Source of the DNA: Chloroflexota bacterium
GTDB lineage: Bacteria; Chloroflexota; Limnocylindria; QHBO01
DNA: 64,000 bases
NCBI GenBank assembly: GCA_040905185.1
Contig: JBBDRZ010000003.1
Span: 137,339 to 201,338, forward strand
Reading direction: 5' to 3'
Below the pieces are notes generated by a model. That model searched no databases and had not been told where the DNA came from. It worked only from the letters and a program-made list of their open reading frames with translations. Below are positions 1 to 10,203 of this stretch, piece by piece (the first letter of the stretch is position 1; the number at the start of each line of letters is the position of its first letter). The position numbers and the translations under genes are program-made.

Positions 1-1619
1 TGGAGCGTGGGGCCGCCGAGAAGACCGCGGCCGTTGCGCAGGAGCTCGTCGCGCCGGGCGCCGCCGCCGAGGGCGGTGTCCGGATTACGCCCTGGGGCGA
101 GGACGATCCCGACGACCTGGTCACCCGTGCCCCGATCGTGACCGTCATGGGTCACGTCGACCACGGCAAGACGAGCCTGCTGGACGCCATCCGCAGCACG
201 GCGGTGGTCGCTCGCGAGGCCGGCGGCATCACCCAGCACATCGGCGCCTCGGAGGCGGTCCACGGCGACCGGCGCATCGTGTTCCTCGACACGCCAGGCC
301 ACGAAGCGTTCACCGCCATGCGGGCCCGTGGGGCTCAAGTCACGGACATCGCGGTCATCGTCGTGGCTGCCGACGACGGCGTGATGCCCCAGACCCGCGA
401 GGCCATCGACCACGTCCGCGCCGCCCGCGTGCCGATGATCGTGGCCATCAACAAGATCGACAAGCCGGATGCCAACCCGGATCGGGTCAAGCAGGAGCTC
501 GCCGAGATGGGGGTCCTGATCGAGGAGTTCGGCGGCGACGTGATCGCCGTCCCGGTCTCGGCCAAGCAGGGGACCGGGCTGGACGACTTGCTGGAGATGA
601 TCGGCCTGGTCGCCGACCTCCAGAACCTGAAGGCCAACCCGAATCGTGAGGCGTACGGCACGATCATCGAGTCCAAGGTGGACAAGGGCCGCGGCAACGT
701 CGCCACCGTGCTGGTCCAGAACGGCACCCTCAAGGTCGGGGACGTGGTGACCGTGGGGAAGACATATGGACGAGTGAGGGCCCTCCAAAACGCAGCCGGC
801 CGCCGCGTTCGCCAGGCCGAGCCCGCCGCCGCGGTGGAAATCCTCGGGCTCCAGGACCTGCCCGAGGCCGGCGACCAGTTGCGCGTCGTCCCCGACGAAA
901 AGGCGGCCCGGGATGCGGCCGAGGTCGTGGAGCGCCACGGACCCGGCGGCGACGGACGGGGACCGACCAGCCTGGAGGACATCAGCGCCCAGATCCATGC
1001 CGCCGAGGTCAAGGAGCTGCGCGTGATCCTGAAAACCGATGTCCAGGGCTCGCTGGGCGCCATCCGCCACGCGCTCGATCGGCTCAGCACCGGCGAGGTC
1101 CGGATCAACATCCTCAGCGAAGGGGCCGGGGACATCAACGAGTCCGACGTCGTGCTGGGCGCGGCGTCAGGCGCGGTCGTGGTCGGCTTCAACACCAAGC
1201 TGGACCCCGGCGCCGAGCGGGCGGTGGAGGCCTCTGGCGTCGACGTCCGCCTGTACGAGGTCATCTACAAGCTGACCGATGACATCAGCCTGGCCCTCCA
1301 GGGCCTCCTGACCCCCAAGCAGGTCGAGCAGATCGAGGGTCATGCCGAAGTTCGGCAGGTGATCAAGGCCGGCAAGGCGGGCCAGGTGGCCGGCTCGTAC
1401 GTGCTCGACGGCCGCATCCTGCGCGGCGCCCAGGCCAGACTCATGCGGGGCGGCCAGCTGGTCACCGAGACGCGAATCGAGTCGCTGCGACGATTCAAGG
1501 ACGACATCCGCGAGGTGGCGGCCGGATTCGAGTGTGGGATCGGGCTGGCCGGATCGCCGGAGTTCGCCGAGGGCGACGTGATCGAATGCTTCCAGATGGT
1601 GTCGGAGGCGTCCGCCTGA
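1..1619 (+). CDS. infB: Translation initiation factor IF-2, C-terminal portion (5' end lies before the window start)
   Basis: The frame is open from position 3. The G-domain motif [14 protein letters not shown] and the downstream IF-2 domains are present. The rbfA/truB/rpsO/pnp context is canonical. Confidence 0.95.
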
Positions 1620-1644
1620 GCCCGAGGAAGGGGACGGGAACCCG

Positions 1645-2001
1645 GTGAGTCAGCGCACCGACCGCCTGGACAGCCAGATTCGCGCCGAGCTGATGCAGAT
1701 CCTGCAGCGCGAGATGAACGACCCGCGACTCGGGTTCGCCACCGTTACCCGGGTCGACACCGCGCCGGACCTCACCCAGGCACGCGTGTGGGTGTCGGTG
1801 TACGGGCCCGACCAGGACCAGACGAAGACCCTGACCGCCCTGACCGATGCCGCCGGCTGGCTTCGTCACCGGCTGGGGGAGCGCCTCAGCATCCGACACA
1901 TCCCGCAGCTCGTGTTCCGGGCCGATGAATCGATGGCGGACGGCGATCGAGTCCTCAAGCTGCTCCGCGACCTGGACGCCGCCGAGGACCAGGACCGATG
2001 A
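1645..2001 (+). CDS. rbfA: Ribosome-binding factor A
   Basis: 118 aa with RbfA-like sequence (RVDTAPDLTQARVWVSV). It lies immediately downstream of infB. Confidence 0.9.
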   Translation: MSQRTDRLDSQIRAELMQILQREMNDPRLGFATVTRVDTAPDLTQARVWVSVYGPDQDQTKTLTALTDAAGWLRHRLGERLSIRHIPQLVFRADESMADGDRVLKLLRDLDAAEDQDR

Positions 2002-2975
2002 AGGAGGTCGCCGCCGCCCTGCGCGGGGCGCAGCGGATCACGGCCATCGGGCACGAGAACCCGGACGCCGACACGCTGGGAGCGGCGCTGGCGATCCGCA
2101 TGGTGGGGGAGCGATACGGAGTCCCGGCCGAGGTCGTGATGGCCGACCCGGTGCCGCCCTACCTCCAGTTCCTGCCCGGCGTGGCGGAGGTGCGATCCGC
2201 CCCCGCCCTCGAGCCGGACGTGGCGGTGGTCCTGGACGCCGGGGACCTGGCTCGGGTCGGACGGATCGCCACCGACCACGCCGACTGGCTCGCGCGGGCG
2301 CGGATCGTGAACATCGATCATCACGTGAGTAACCCCGGGTTCGGCGAGGTCAACATGGTCGACCCGGATGCGGCCTCGACCTGTGAGATGGTGACTCTCC
2401 TCCTGCCCGATCTCGGCGTCGAGCTGAATCCGGAGCTGGCAACGGTCCTGTTGGCCGGGATCGTCAACGACACCCACACCTTTGCCCACCCCAACGTCAC
2501 CCCACGCACGCTGCGGGTGGCGGCGTCGCTGGTCGAAGCCGGTGCGTCTCTGGCGGCCATCCACCGGGCCATCTACGCCGAGAAGCCGTTCGCGACGCTG
2601 ACCCTGTGGGGCCGCGCGCTGGCCGGCGTCGCGTCGGCGAGCGATGGGCGGGTGGTCCATGCCGCCCTGACCGCGGCCATGATGGCCGAGACCGGCACCT
2701 CGCTCGATGCGAGCGAAGGATTCATCGACCTGCTGGGACTGGCCCGCGACGCGGATATCGTCCTCCTGTTCAAAGAGCACGGACCAACCGTCACCCGGGT
2801 CAGCATCCGGACCTCGGCGCGGGCCGATGCGGTGGCGGTCGCGGCCGCATTCGGGGGTGGGGGGCATGCGCGCGCCGCCGGCTGCACCGTCGAGGCGCCG
2901 TTGGGCGAGGCTCGGGACCGCGTGCTCGCGGAATGCGAGCGCGAGCTGAAACGCGCCGATGATCGGCGTCCTTAA
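1998..2975 (+). CDS. nrnA: DHH/DHHA1 phosphoesterase (NrnA-like nanoRNase / pAp phosphatase)
   Basis: DHH-family motifs (GHENPDADTLGAALA, DHH). Its position between rbfA and truB matches M. tuberculosis Rv2837c. The ATGA overlap with rbfA indicates co-translation. Confidence 0.8.
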   Translation: MKEVAAALRGAQRITAIGHENPDADTLGAALAIRMVGERYGVPAEVVMADPVPPYLQFLPGVAEVRSAPALEPDVAVVLDAGDLARVGRIATDHADWLARARIVNIDHHVSNPGFGEVNMVDPDAASTCEMVTLLLPDLGVELNPELATVLLAGIVNDTHTFAHPNVTPRTLRVAASLVEAGASLAAIHRAIYAEKPFATLTLWGRALAGVASASDGRVVHAALTAAMMAETGTSLDASEGFIDLLGLARDADIVLLFKEHGPTVTRVSIRTSARADAVAVAAAFGGGGHARAAGCTVEAPLGEARDRVLAECERELKRADDRRP

Positions 2976-3834
2976 CCTCGACAAGCCGGTCGGGCCCACC
3001 TCCCACGACATGGTCGGCCTGGTGCGCCGCCTGAGCGGGATGCAACGCATCGGTCATGCCGGCACCCTGGATCCGTTGGCCTCCGGGGTGCTCCCGATCC
3101 TGGTCGGCGGCGCCACCCGGCTGAGCCAGGAGTTGACGGCCGGACGCAAACGCTATGACGCCATCGTGCGGCTTGGGTTCCGGTCGCGGACCGATGACGG
3201 GGAGGGGCCTCTCGAAGCGGGCGGGCCACCTCCCGGCGAGGACGCGGTGGAGGCCGCCCTGGGTGCGTTCGTGGGCACCCTCCAGCAGCGCCCGCCCGCC
3301 TTCTCGGCCCGCAAGCAGGCTGGCCGGACGGCCCACCGCGCGGCCCGTCGCGGAACCGCGTTGGACCTGCCGACGCGCGAGGTGACGGTGCATGCCCTGC
3401 GCCTCGTGGAGACCGTGGCGGGGAACGGTTGGCTCGACCTCCACCTCGACCTGGAGACCGGCCCCGGGACCTACGTGCGCTCGATCGCCCGCGACCTCGG
3501 TGAGCAGCTGGGGTGCGGGGGCTACCTGCATGCCTTGCGGCGCACCGAAGCCGCCGGGCTTGCGGCCAGCGACGCCCGGACGCCATCCGAGTTGGAGGCG
3601 CTGGCGCGCGAGGGCCGGCTCGAGGAGGCGCTGATCCCCCTCGAGCGGCTCGTCGACCTGCCTCAGCTCACGCTCGAGGAAGAGCAGGCCCGGCGCTTCG
3701 CGAATGGCGGCGAGCTGCCATGGTCCGGAGAGGGGCGGGTCCTGGTCCGCGGCCCATCCGGCCTGCTGGGCGTCGGCACGCTGGGCGGGGGAGTGCTTCA
3801 TCCGAACAAGGTCCTGGTCGAAGGGCCGCCATGA
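2959..3834 (+). CDS. truB: tRNA pseudouridine(55) synthase
   Basis: TruB motifs GVLNLDKPVGPTSHD and GHAGTLDPLASGVL. The start overlaps the nrnA 3' end. Confidence 0.9.
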   Translation: MIGVLNLDKPVGPTSHDMVGLVRRLSGMQRIGHAGTLDPLASGVLPILVGGATRLSQELTAGRKRYDAIVRLGFRSRTDDGEGPLEAGGPPPGEDAVEAALGAFVGTLQQRPPAFSARKQAGRTAHRAARRGTALDLPTREVTVHALRLVETVAGNGWLDLHLDLETGPGTYVRSIARDLGEQLGCGGYLHALRRTEAAGLAASDARTPSELEALAREGRLEEALIPLERLVDLPQLTLEEEQARRFANGGELPWSGEGRVLVRGPSGLLGVGTLGGGVLHPNKVLVEGPP

Positions 3835-4775
3835 TCGAGGCCCGAATCGAGGAAGGGCTGACTCTCGGTCGGCTCGCGGCGCGCGAACCGATGCGGCCGG
3901 TGGCCGTGGTTCTGGGCGTGTTCGACGGGGTGCACCGGGGACATGGGGCCCTCCTCTCGGCCGTGCGGGAAGCCGGCGCCGCTCGGGGCGCCAGGCCGGT
4001 CGCGCTCGTCTTCGACCCGCCCCCGATCGAAGTCATCCGTCCTGGCCACGCCGTGGAGCGCCTGGCGCCGCTATCCGAGAATCTGGGTCACATCCGGGAT
4101 GCCGGTGTGGAGGCCATCCCCATTCGATTCGATACAGCGGTTCGCGAAATGCCGCCCGAAGCGTTCCTTGACGCCCTTGCGCCGGGATTGCAAACGGTGG
4201 CGATCGTGATGACGCCTGACACGGCGTTCGGCCGTGACCGGGCCGGCACTCCCCAGCGGCTGATGGCCGTTGGCCCCGCACGCGGGTTCGAGGTCGTCGT
4301 GATTGAGCCCGAGATGGATGACGGACCGATCTCGTCGAGCCGAATCCGCCGCGCCCTGGCGGAAGGTGACATTCCGCGTGCCACGCGGCTGTTGGGGCGC
4401 CGCCCGTCATTGAGCGGTGAAGTCGTCCGCGGCGATGGCCGCGGCCAGGAGCTTGGTTACCCGACCGCGAACCTCGCGTTCCGGTACAACCCCGCCCTTC
4501 CGTCGATCGGGATTTATGCGGGCTTGGCAGGCGGACCGAGCACGACCGGCGCGCTGGTCAGCGTCGGTCGCCGACCCACGTTCCATGACGACGGTGATGT
4601 CGTCGTCGAGGCCTACCTCCTCGACTGGAGCGGGGACCTCTACGGCCAGCCGCTGCGGCTCGAGCTCGTGGAAAGGCTCCGCGACGAGCGACGCTTCGAG
4701 TCGGCAGCGGAGCTCACGGCCCAGATGCGGCGTGACGAGGTCCGGGCCCGGGCGGCGCTGGCCGGGATCGTCTGA
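3831..4775 (+). CDS. ribF: Bifunctional riboflavin kinase / FMN adenylyltransferase
   Basis: ATGA overlap with the truB stop. The [10 protein letters not shown] motif is present, followed by a riboflavin-kinase C-terminal half. The longer ORF-track version (3513..) is an out-of-frame artefact. Confidence 0.9.
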   Translation: MIEARIEEGLTLGRLAAREPMRPVAVVLGVFDGVHRGHGALLSAVREAGAARGARPVALVFDPPPIEVIRPGHAVERLAPLSENLGHIRDAGVEAIPIRFDTAVREMPPEAFLDALAPGLQTVAIVMTPDTAFGRDRAGTPQRLMAVGPARGFEVVVIEPEMDDGPISSSRIRRALAEGDIPRATRLLGRRPSLSGEVVRGDGRGQELGYPTANLAFRYNPALPSIGIYAGLAGGPSTTGALVSVGRRPTFHDDGDVVVEAYLLDWSGDLYGQPLRLELVERLRDERRFESAAELTAQMRRDEVRARAALAGIV

Positions 4776-4779
4776 TACG

Positions 4780-5085
4780 ATGCGACGAACCGACAGATTG
4801 AAAGTGGAGGAACATTTGCCGCTCGACCCGGCTACGAAGGTCGCCGTCGCCAACGACTTTGCAACGCATGATGGCGACACTGGATCCCCCGAAGTGCAGG
4901 TCGCGCTCCTGACCGAGCGGATCAAGTCATTGACGGAGCATTTGCGCAGCTACCCCAACGACAACGCCTCACGCCGCGGGCTGCTCAAGCTTGTCGGCCA
5001 GCGCCGCCGCCTGCTCGCGTATCTCGTCCGGACGGACGTGGATCGCTACCGGACGGTGATCGGCCGTCTCGGCCTGCGCCGGTAA
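4780..5085 (+). CDS. rpsO: 30S ribosomal protein S15
   Basis: [26 protein letters not shown] and [19 protein letters not shown]. The internal ATG at 4780 sits just after the ribF stop. Confidence 0.9.
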   Translation: MRRTDRLKVEEHLPLDPATKVAVANDFATHDGDTGSPEVQVALLTERIKSLTEHLRSYPNDNASRRGLLKLVGQRRRLLAYLVRTDVDRYRTVIGRLGLRR

Positions 5086-5103
5086 CGTCGTCATTCATCT
5101 CCT

Positions 5104-5122
5104 GACCCGGCCACGCCGGGTC
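5104..5122 (+). promoter_or_regulatory. Stem-loop (gacccggc-cac-gccgggtc) in the rpsO-pnp intergenic region; candidate rpsO terminator or RNase III-type processing/attenuation site
   Basis: A perfect 8-bp inverted repeat 19 nt after the rpsO stop, with no U-tract. The position is analogous to the E. coli rpsO-pnp regulatory hairpins. Confidence 0.35.
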
Positions 5123-5219
5123 CACGCATCCCCGCGTCACGCGCGACGCACCCCATCTGAGCCGCGCCGCCCGCTCTGGGCAGGCCGCGCCGGACACATC
5201 ACCACATTGGAGGATTTCC

Positions 5220-7853
5220 TTGGCTATCAAAGTTGAAACAGAGATCGGCGGCCAGACCTTCTCGCTCGAGACGGGCAAGCTGGCCGAGCAGGCCGATGGC
5301 GCGGTCCTGGTCCGCTACGGGGACACCGTGCTGCTGGCCACCGCCGTCTCCGCCGAACCCCGTGAGGGGATCGACTTCTTCCCGCTCACCGTGGACTACG
5401 AGGAGCGGATGTACGCCGCGGGCAAGATCCCTGGCGGATTCATCAAGCGCGAGTCGCGCCCGTCCGAGGCGGCCATCCTCGCTATGCGGCTGACCGATCG
5501 CCCGATTCGGCCGCTCTTCCCCAAGGGCTACAAGAACGACGTCCAGGTCGTGCTCACCGTCCTGTCGGCCGACCAGGAGAACGACCCCGACATCCTGGCC
5601 GTGAACGGCGCTTCAGCAGCGCTGTCGGTCAGCGGGATACCGTTCATGGGCCCAGTCGGAGCGGTCAGGGTGGGATACATCGATGGCCAGTACGTGGCCA
5701 ATCCCACCAACAGCCAGCTCGAGAACAGCACGCTGGACCTGGTCGTGGCCGGGACCCGCGACGCGATCATGATGGTCGAGGCCGGCGCCAAGATCCTGCC
5801 CGAGGCGACCATGCTGGAAGCCATCACCTGGGGTCACGCCGAGCTCCAGAAGTCGATCGAGCTCCAGGACAAGCTGGTGTCCAGCGCCGGAACGCCCAAG
5901 CGCACGCCGTTCTTTGGCCCCCGCGCGGACTCCATTCCCAAGCTCGGCAGCGCGCTGAGCCGCCCGGGAGCCGAGTTCGTGATCCTCGATCTCGAGACCA
6001 CGTCGATTAAGCCGGAGCACGGCTACATCGTCGACATCGCCGCCCTGCGGGTTCGTGATGGTGCGGTCGTTGATCGGTTCGAGTCCCTCGTCAACCCGGG
6101 TCGCTCGATCGTCGGTCACCAGGTCCACGGCCTGACCGACGAGGACGTGGCCAAGGCGCCGACCGCGGCCGAGGTGTTGCCGCGCTTCGTCGAGTGGGTT
6201 GGCAGCGCGCCGGTCGTGGCCCATAACGTCAGCTTCGACCTGCCGTTCGTGCTGCGTCACCTCCCCAACGACGTGGGCTGGGAACCCAGCGCCGTCTATG
6301 ACACGCTGGAGCTGGCCTACCAGCTGTACCCGGACGCGGGGAGCTACAAGCTGGCGGACCTCATGCGATTCATCTTCGGCAAGGACCATGGCGCCGCCCA
6401 TCGGGCCATGCCTGACGCGGAGGCCACGGCCGAGGTGTTCATCAGCCTGACCAGCGGCCTGGTCGATCGGCTGGACGCCATTCGGGCCGACATCGCGGCC
6501 GAGGTGCGTCGCGGCCGGGAGGCCTACAACCGGGCCGAGCAGGGCCAGGCCCTGGAGGACGTCCGGCGCCGCCATGGCATCGGCTCCCCCTTGATGGACG
6601 TGCTGACCAAGGCCACCGTCCGGGAGCTGGTGCTGTCGGAGAACATCCGCATCGACGGGCGCGACACGACGACCATCCGGCCCATCTCGGTGGAAGTCGG
6701 CATCCTGCCCCGGACCCACGGGTCGGGCCTGTTCACCCGGGGCCAGACCCAGGCCCTCACGATCGCGACCCTGGGTCCCTCGAGCGACGTCCAACGCCTG
6801 GACACCATCTCGCCGGAGACCGAGAAGCGGTACCTGCATCACTACAACATGCCGCCGTACTCGGTGGGTGAATCCAAGCCGATGCGGGGACCCGGCCGGC
6901 GCGAGATCGGTCACGGGGCGCTTGCCGAGCGCGCCCTCCTCCCGGTCCTGCCCACGGTCGACGAGTTCCCGTACGTGATCCGGGTGGTCAGTGAAGTCGT
7001 GTCCTCGAATGGCTCGACCAGCATGGCCAGCACGTGTGGCAGCACCCTGGCCCTGATGGACGCCGGTGTGCCGATCTCGGCCCCCGTGGCCGGGGCGGCC
7101 ATGGGCCTGATCACCGATCCGGACACCAACCGCTACGCGGTCCTCACCGACATCACCGGCAAGGAGGACATGTTCGGCGACATGGACTTCAAGGTGGCCG
7201 GTACCGCGGAGGGTGTCACCGCCCTGCAGATGGACATCAAGGTGCAAGGCATCACGGCCGAGATCCTGCGCGATGCCCTGGAACAGGCGCGCACCGCGCG
7301 GCTGTTCATCCTGGACAAGATGACGGCCGTGATCAGCGCCAGCCGATCCGAGCTGAGCCCGTACGCGCCGCGAATCACGACCATCAAGATCCCGGTCGAC
7401 AAGATCCGCGACGTCATCGGCGCCGGCGGCAAGGTGATCCGCCAGATCACCGCCGAGACCGGGACCCAGATCAACGTGGAGGACGACGGCACCATCCAGA
7501 TTGCCGCCGTCTCCGGTGAGGCCGGCGAGAAGGCGGTCCGCTGGATCGAGGGTCTGACCCGTGACGTGGAAGTCGGGAAGGAATACCTGGGCAAGGTGAC
7601 CCGGATCATGAACTTCGGGGCCTTCGTCGAGATCCTGCCCGGCAAGGAGGGCCTGGTCCACATCAGCCAGCTGGCCGACTACCGCGTCCCGCGGGTCGAG
7701 GACGTGGTGGCCATCGGCGACGAGCTGATGGTGGTGGTCACCGAGATCGACCGCATGGGCCGCGTCAACCTGAGCCGCCGGGCGGCCATGGAGCGGCACA
7801 TGGCGCGCTCGGGCGTTCCTGCCGGCGCCGGTGCTGACACGGAGCGCTCGTAG
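5220..7853 (+). CDS. pnp: Polynucleotide phosphorylase (877 aa) with an inserted DEDDh exonuclease domain
   Basis: TTG start 5 nt after a GGAGGA RBS. RNase PH1, PH2 (IRIDGRD...[20 protein letters not shown]), KH and S1 domains are all present. It is ~130 to 170 aa longer than typical PNPases because of the insert at residues ~250-415. Confidence 0.95.
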   Translation: MAIKVETEIGGQTFSLETGKLAEQADGAVLVRYGDTVLLATAVSAEPREGIDFFPLTVDYEERMYAAGKIPGGFIKRESRPSEAAILAMRLTDRPIRPLFPKGYKNDVQVVLTVLSADQENDPDILAVNGASAALSVSGIPFMGPVGAVRVGYIDGQYVANPTNSQLENSTLDLVVAGTRDAIMMVEAGAKILPEATMLEAITWGHAELQKSIELQDKLVSSAGTPKRTPFFGPRADSIPKLGSALSRPGAEFVILDLETTSIKPEHGYIVDIAALRVRDGAVVDRFESLVNPGRSIVGHQVHGLTDEDVAKAPTAAEVLPRFVEWVGSAPVVAHNVSFDLPFVLRHLPNDVGWEPSAVYDTLELAYQLYPDAGSYKLADLMRFIFGKDHGAAHRAMPDAEATAEVFISLTSGLVDRLDAIRADIAAEVRRGREAYNRAEQGQALEDVRRRHGIGSPLMDVLTKATVRELVLSENIRIDGRDTTTIRPISVEVGILPRTHGSGLFTRGQTQALTIATLGPSSDVQRLDTISPETEKRYLHHYNMPPYSVGESKPMRGPGRREIGHGALAERALLPVLPTVDEFPYVIRVVSEVVSSNGSTSMASTCGSTLALMDAGVPISAPVAGAAMGLITDPDTNRYAVLTDITGKEDMFGDMDFKVAGTAEGVTALQMDIKVQGITAEILRDALEQARTARLFILDKMTAVISASRSELSPYAPRITTIKIPVDKIRDVIGAGGKVIRQITAETGTQINVEDDGTIQIAAVSGEAGEKAVRWIEGLTRDVEVGKEYLGKVTRIMNFGAFVEILPGKEGLVHISQLADYRVPRVEDVVAIGDELMVVVTEIDRMGRVNLSRRAAMERHMARSGVPAGAGADTERS
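5967..6464 (+). other. In-frame DnaQ-like DEDDh 3'-5' exonuclease domain embedded in pnp (Exo [11 protein letters not shown], Exo [15 protein letters not shown], Exo [17 protein letters not shown])
   Basis: All three exonuclease motifs, carrying the D, E, D, D, H catalytic residues, are readable in the pnp reading frame. Canonical PNPase sequence flanks the domain on both sides. Confidence 0.75.
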
Positions 7854-7868
7854 GCACCGGCGTCCCCG

Positions 7869-8528
7869 ATGAGCGGGGAGGCCGATCTCGGCGCGGTAGC
7901 GGCCGAGGTCCGGGCCTGCACCCGCTGTCCGCTGGCGACCGGGCGCACGCTCGCCGTCCCGGGCGAGGGGAACGCGATCAGCGACGTGTTGTTGGTGGGG
8001 GAGGGTCCGGGCCAGCGCGAGGACGCCACCGGGCGGCCGTTCGTGGGCCCGGCCGGGCAGCTGCTCGAGGAGCTGCTGCACGCCATCGGCTGGCAGCGGA
8101 GTGATGTGTTCATCACCAACGTGGTGAAGTGCCGGCCGCCGGGAAACCGCGACCCGGAGCCGCCGGAGATCGAAGCCTGCTCGCCCTATCTCGACCGCCA
8201 GGAGCAGGCCCTGGACCCGGTCCTGGTGGTGACGCTGGGTCGGCACTCCCTGCAGCGCTACCTGCCCGGGGCGCGCATCTCCGAGGCACACGGGCGGCTG
8301 CGGCGGGCAGGCGGGCGATTCGTATTGCCGATGTACCATCCGGCTGCCGCGTTGCGGTCGTCCGCCCTCCGAGAAACGCTGGCGCGCGACTTCCGTGGCC
8401 TGCCGGCGGCGCTGCTGGCAGCTCGCGACGCCCTCGCGGCGGAGCGGGAAGAGGGTGCTCCCAGGGCGCCGGCCGAACCGCCGGTGCTCAGCCGGGTGGA
8501 CGATGACCGACAGATGACATTGTTCTAG
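7869..8528 (+). CDS. Uracil-DNA glycosylase, family 4
   Basis: CTRCPL, GEGPG and VVKCRPP motifs typical of the Fe-S UDG family 4. It lies 15 bp downstream of pnp. Confidence 0.85.
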   Translation: MSGEADLGAVAAEVRACTRCPLATGRTLAVPGEGNAISDVLLVGEGPGQREDATGRPFVGPAGQLLEELLHAIGWQRSDVFITNVVKCRPPGNRDPEPPEIEACSPYLDRQEQALDPVLVVTLGRHSLQRYLPGARISEAHGRLRRAGGRFVLPMYHPAAALRSSALRETLARDFRGLPAALLAARDALAAEREEGAPRAPAEPPVLSRVDDDRQMTLF

Positions 8529-8536
8529 AGGACGCA

Positions 8537-10198
8537 ATGCCAGGCACGCTCCGAATCATTCCCCTGGGCGGGGTCGGCGAGGTGGGCAAGAACATCACCG
8601 CCATCGAAGCCGATGACGAGATCGTGGTCGTCGATTGCGGACTGGCCTTCCCCGAGCCCGAGATGCTCGGGATCGACCTCGTGGTCCCCGACGCGACGTA
8701 CCTGGCCGAGCGGCGGGACGCGGTGCGCGGCATCCTGCTGACCCACGGCCACGAGGACCACACGGGCGGCCTGCCCTACGTCCTGCCTCGCCTGTCCGGC
8801 ACCCCGATCTATGCCACCAAGCTCACCATCGGTCTGGTCACGGGCAAGCTCCGGGAGCACAAGCTCATGGGCGCCACCACGTTGCATGAGGTGGAGCCCG
8901 GAACGGAGTTCGCGGTCGGCGCCTTCCGGGTGACGCCGTTCCGCGTCAACCACTCGATCCCGGGTGGGGTCGGCTTCGCGATCCGCCATGCGCGGGGCAC
9001 GATCATCCATACCGGGGACTTCAAGTTCGACCACACCCCGCCCGACGGGACGCGTGCCGACCTGGGCCTGATCGCCGAATGGGGGCGCCAGGGCGTCGAC
9101 TTCCTGCTGTCCGACTCGACCCGCGCCGAGCGCGAGGGTTACACGCTGTCGGAGGCCACCGTCGGCGAGTCCCTGCGCCAGCTGATCGGGGCGGCCGAGG
9201 GTCGCGTCATCATGGCCACCTTCGCCTCGAACATCGGGCGCGTGCAGCAGGCCATCGACGCCGCGGCCGAGCACGGACGCAAGGTCGTCCTGCTGGGTCG
9301 CAGCATGGAGCAGAACGCCGCCATCGCCACTGAGCTGGGATATCTGGACGGGCGGGATGGGACCGTTGTCGCCAAGAACCAGCTGGAGCGCATCGATCCA
9401 TCGGAGCTGGTGGTGGTGACCACCGGCTCCCAGGGCGAACCGATGTCCGGGCTGACCCGGATGAGCAGCCGTGACCATCGGAACATCACGATCGTCCCCG
9501 GCGACACGGTGATCGTGTCCGCCTCGCCCATCCCCGGCAACGAGGAAGCGGTGGCGCGGACCATCGACAACCTCTTCAAGGAAGGGGCGATGGTCCATTA
9601 CGAGCCCATCACCCACTGCCACGTGTCGGGCCACGGCTCGCGCGAGGAGCTGAAGCTCATGCTCGGCCTCGCCAAGCCCCGCCATTTCATCCCGATCCAC
9701 GGTGAGTACCGGATGCTCGTCCAGCACGCTCTGCTGGCGGAGGGGGCCGGCGTGGCGGTGGACCGCATCTTCGTCCTGCAGAATGGCCAGGTGGTCGAAT
9801 TCGACGGTCGCGTGGCCCGCCTGGCGGGGAGCGTGCAGGCGGGCGCGGTCCTGGTGGATGGCCTGTCGGCCGTGGATGGCGTCGACGGAGTCATCCTCCG
9901 CGACCGGCGCGCACTGGCCAGCGACGGGGTAGTCATGGTCGCGCTGACGGTGGCCACGGCCACCGGACGCACGGTGGGGGGCCCGGACCTCATCGGTCGC
10001 GGCTTCCTGCCCGATCCCGAAGACCCCCTCCTGGAGGAGGCGCGGGCCTACCTTGCCGCCGCGTTGGACAAGGGCGGAGAGGGCCAGCGTGCGGAGCCGG
10101 GCTACCTGAAGACCAAGATCCACGACGTCTTGAGCCGCTTCTTCTACGAGAAGACGCACCGCCGTCCCATGATCCTGCCCATCGTGCTGGAGGTCTGA
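8537..10198 (+). CDS. rnj: Ribonuclease J
   Basis: A metallo-beta-lactamase/beta-CASP fold (HGHEDHTGG) with the RNase J C-terminal domain. The protein is 553 aa. Confidence 0.9.
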   Translation: MPGTLRIIPLGGVGEVGKNITAIEADDEIVVVDCGLAFPEPEMLGIDLVVPDATYLAERRDAVRGILLTHGHEDHTGGLPYVLPRLSGTPIYATKLTIGLVTGKLREHKLMGATTLHEVEPGTEFAVGAFRVTPFRVNHSIPGGVGFAIRHARGTIIHTGDFKFDHTPPDGTRADLGLIAEWGRQGVDFLLSDSTRAEREGYTLSEATVGESLRQLIGAAEGRVIMATFASNIGRVQQAIDAAAEHGRKVVLLGRSMEQNAAIATELGYLDGRDGTVVAKNQLERIDPSELVVVTTGSQGEPMSGLTRMSSRDHRNITIVPGDTVIVSASPIPGNEEAVARTIDNLFKEGAMVHYEPITHCHVSGHGSREELKLMLGLAKPRHFIPIHGEYRMLVQHALLAEGAGVAVDRIFVLQNGQVVEFDGRVARLAGSVQAGAVLVDGLSAVDGVDGVILRDRRALASDGVVMVALTVATATGRTVGGPDLIGRGFLPDPEDPLLEEARAYLAAALDKGGEGQRAEPGYLKTKIHDVLSRFFYEKTHRRPMILPIVLEV

Positions 10199-10203
10199 GC
10201 CCG

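Noticed and set aside
3513-3830. ORF-track entries with long 5' extensions preceding the conserved protein cores. These are 3513..4775 (ribF), 4417.. (rpsO), 18848..20347 (ymdB), 28487..30592 (xdhC), 29030..30547 (mocA), 35562.. (cyclase), 41593..43320 (allantoinase), 46698..47660 (yebC), 50829..52181 (tyrS) and 57149..58354 (mpg).
   Set aside because: The extensions are out-of-frame overlaps of the upstream genes. They have nonsense composition. Internal starts that abut the upstream stop codon give proteins of the expected family length.
5967-6464. The insert in pnp as an intein or a mis-assembled gene fusion.
   Set aside because: There are no intein splice-junction residues or blocks. The insert has the full DEDDh exonuclease motifs. 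PNPase sequence continues in the same frame on both sides, which a chimeric join with an unrelated gene would not give. Read-level verification is still advisable.
5613-8537. Very long antisense ORFs opposite real genes. Examples are 5613..8537, 8525..10159, 10471..11907, 14407..15573, 19639..21543, 21771..24005, 24791..26464, 32099..34831, 36210..38144, 48065..49669, 52268..54556 and 59186..62257.
   Set aside because: In a ~70% GC genome stop codons are rare in every frame. These ORFs translate to Arg/Gly/Pro/Ala-rich low-complexity sequence with no family resemblance. They fully overlap strongly supported genes on the other strand.
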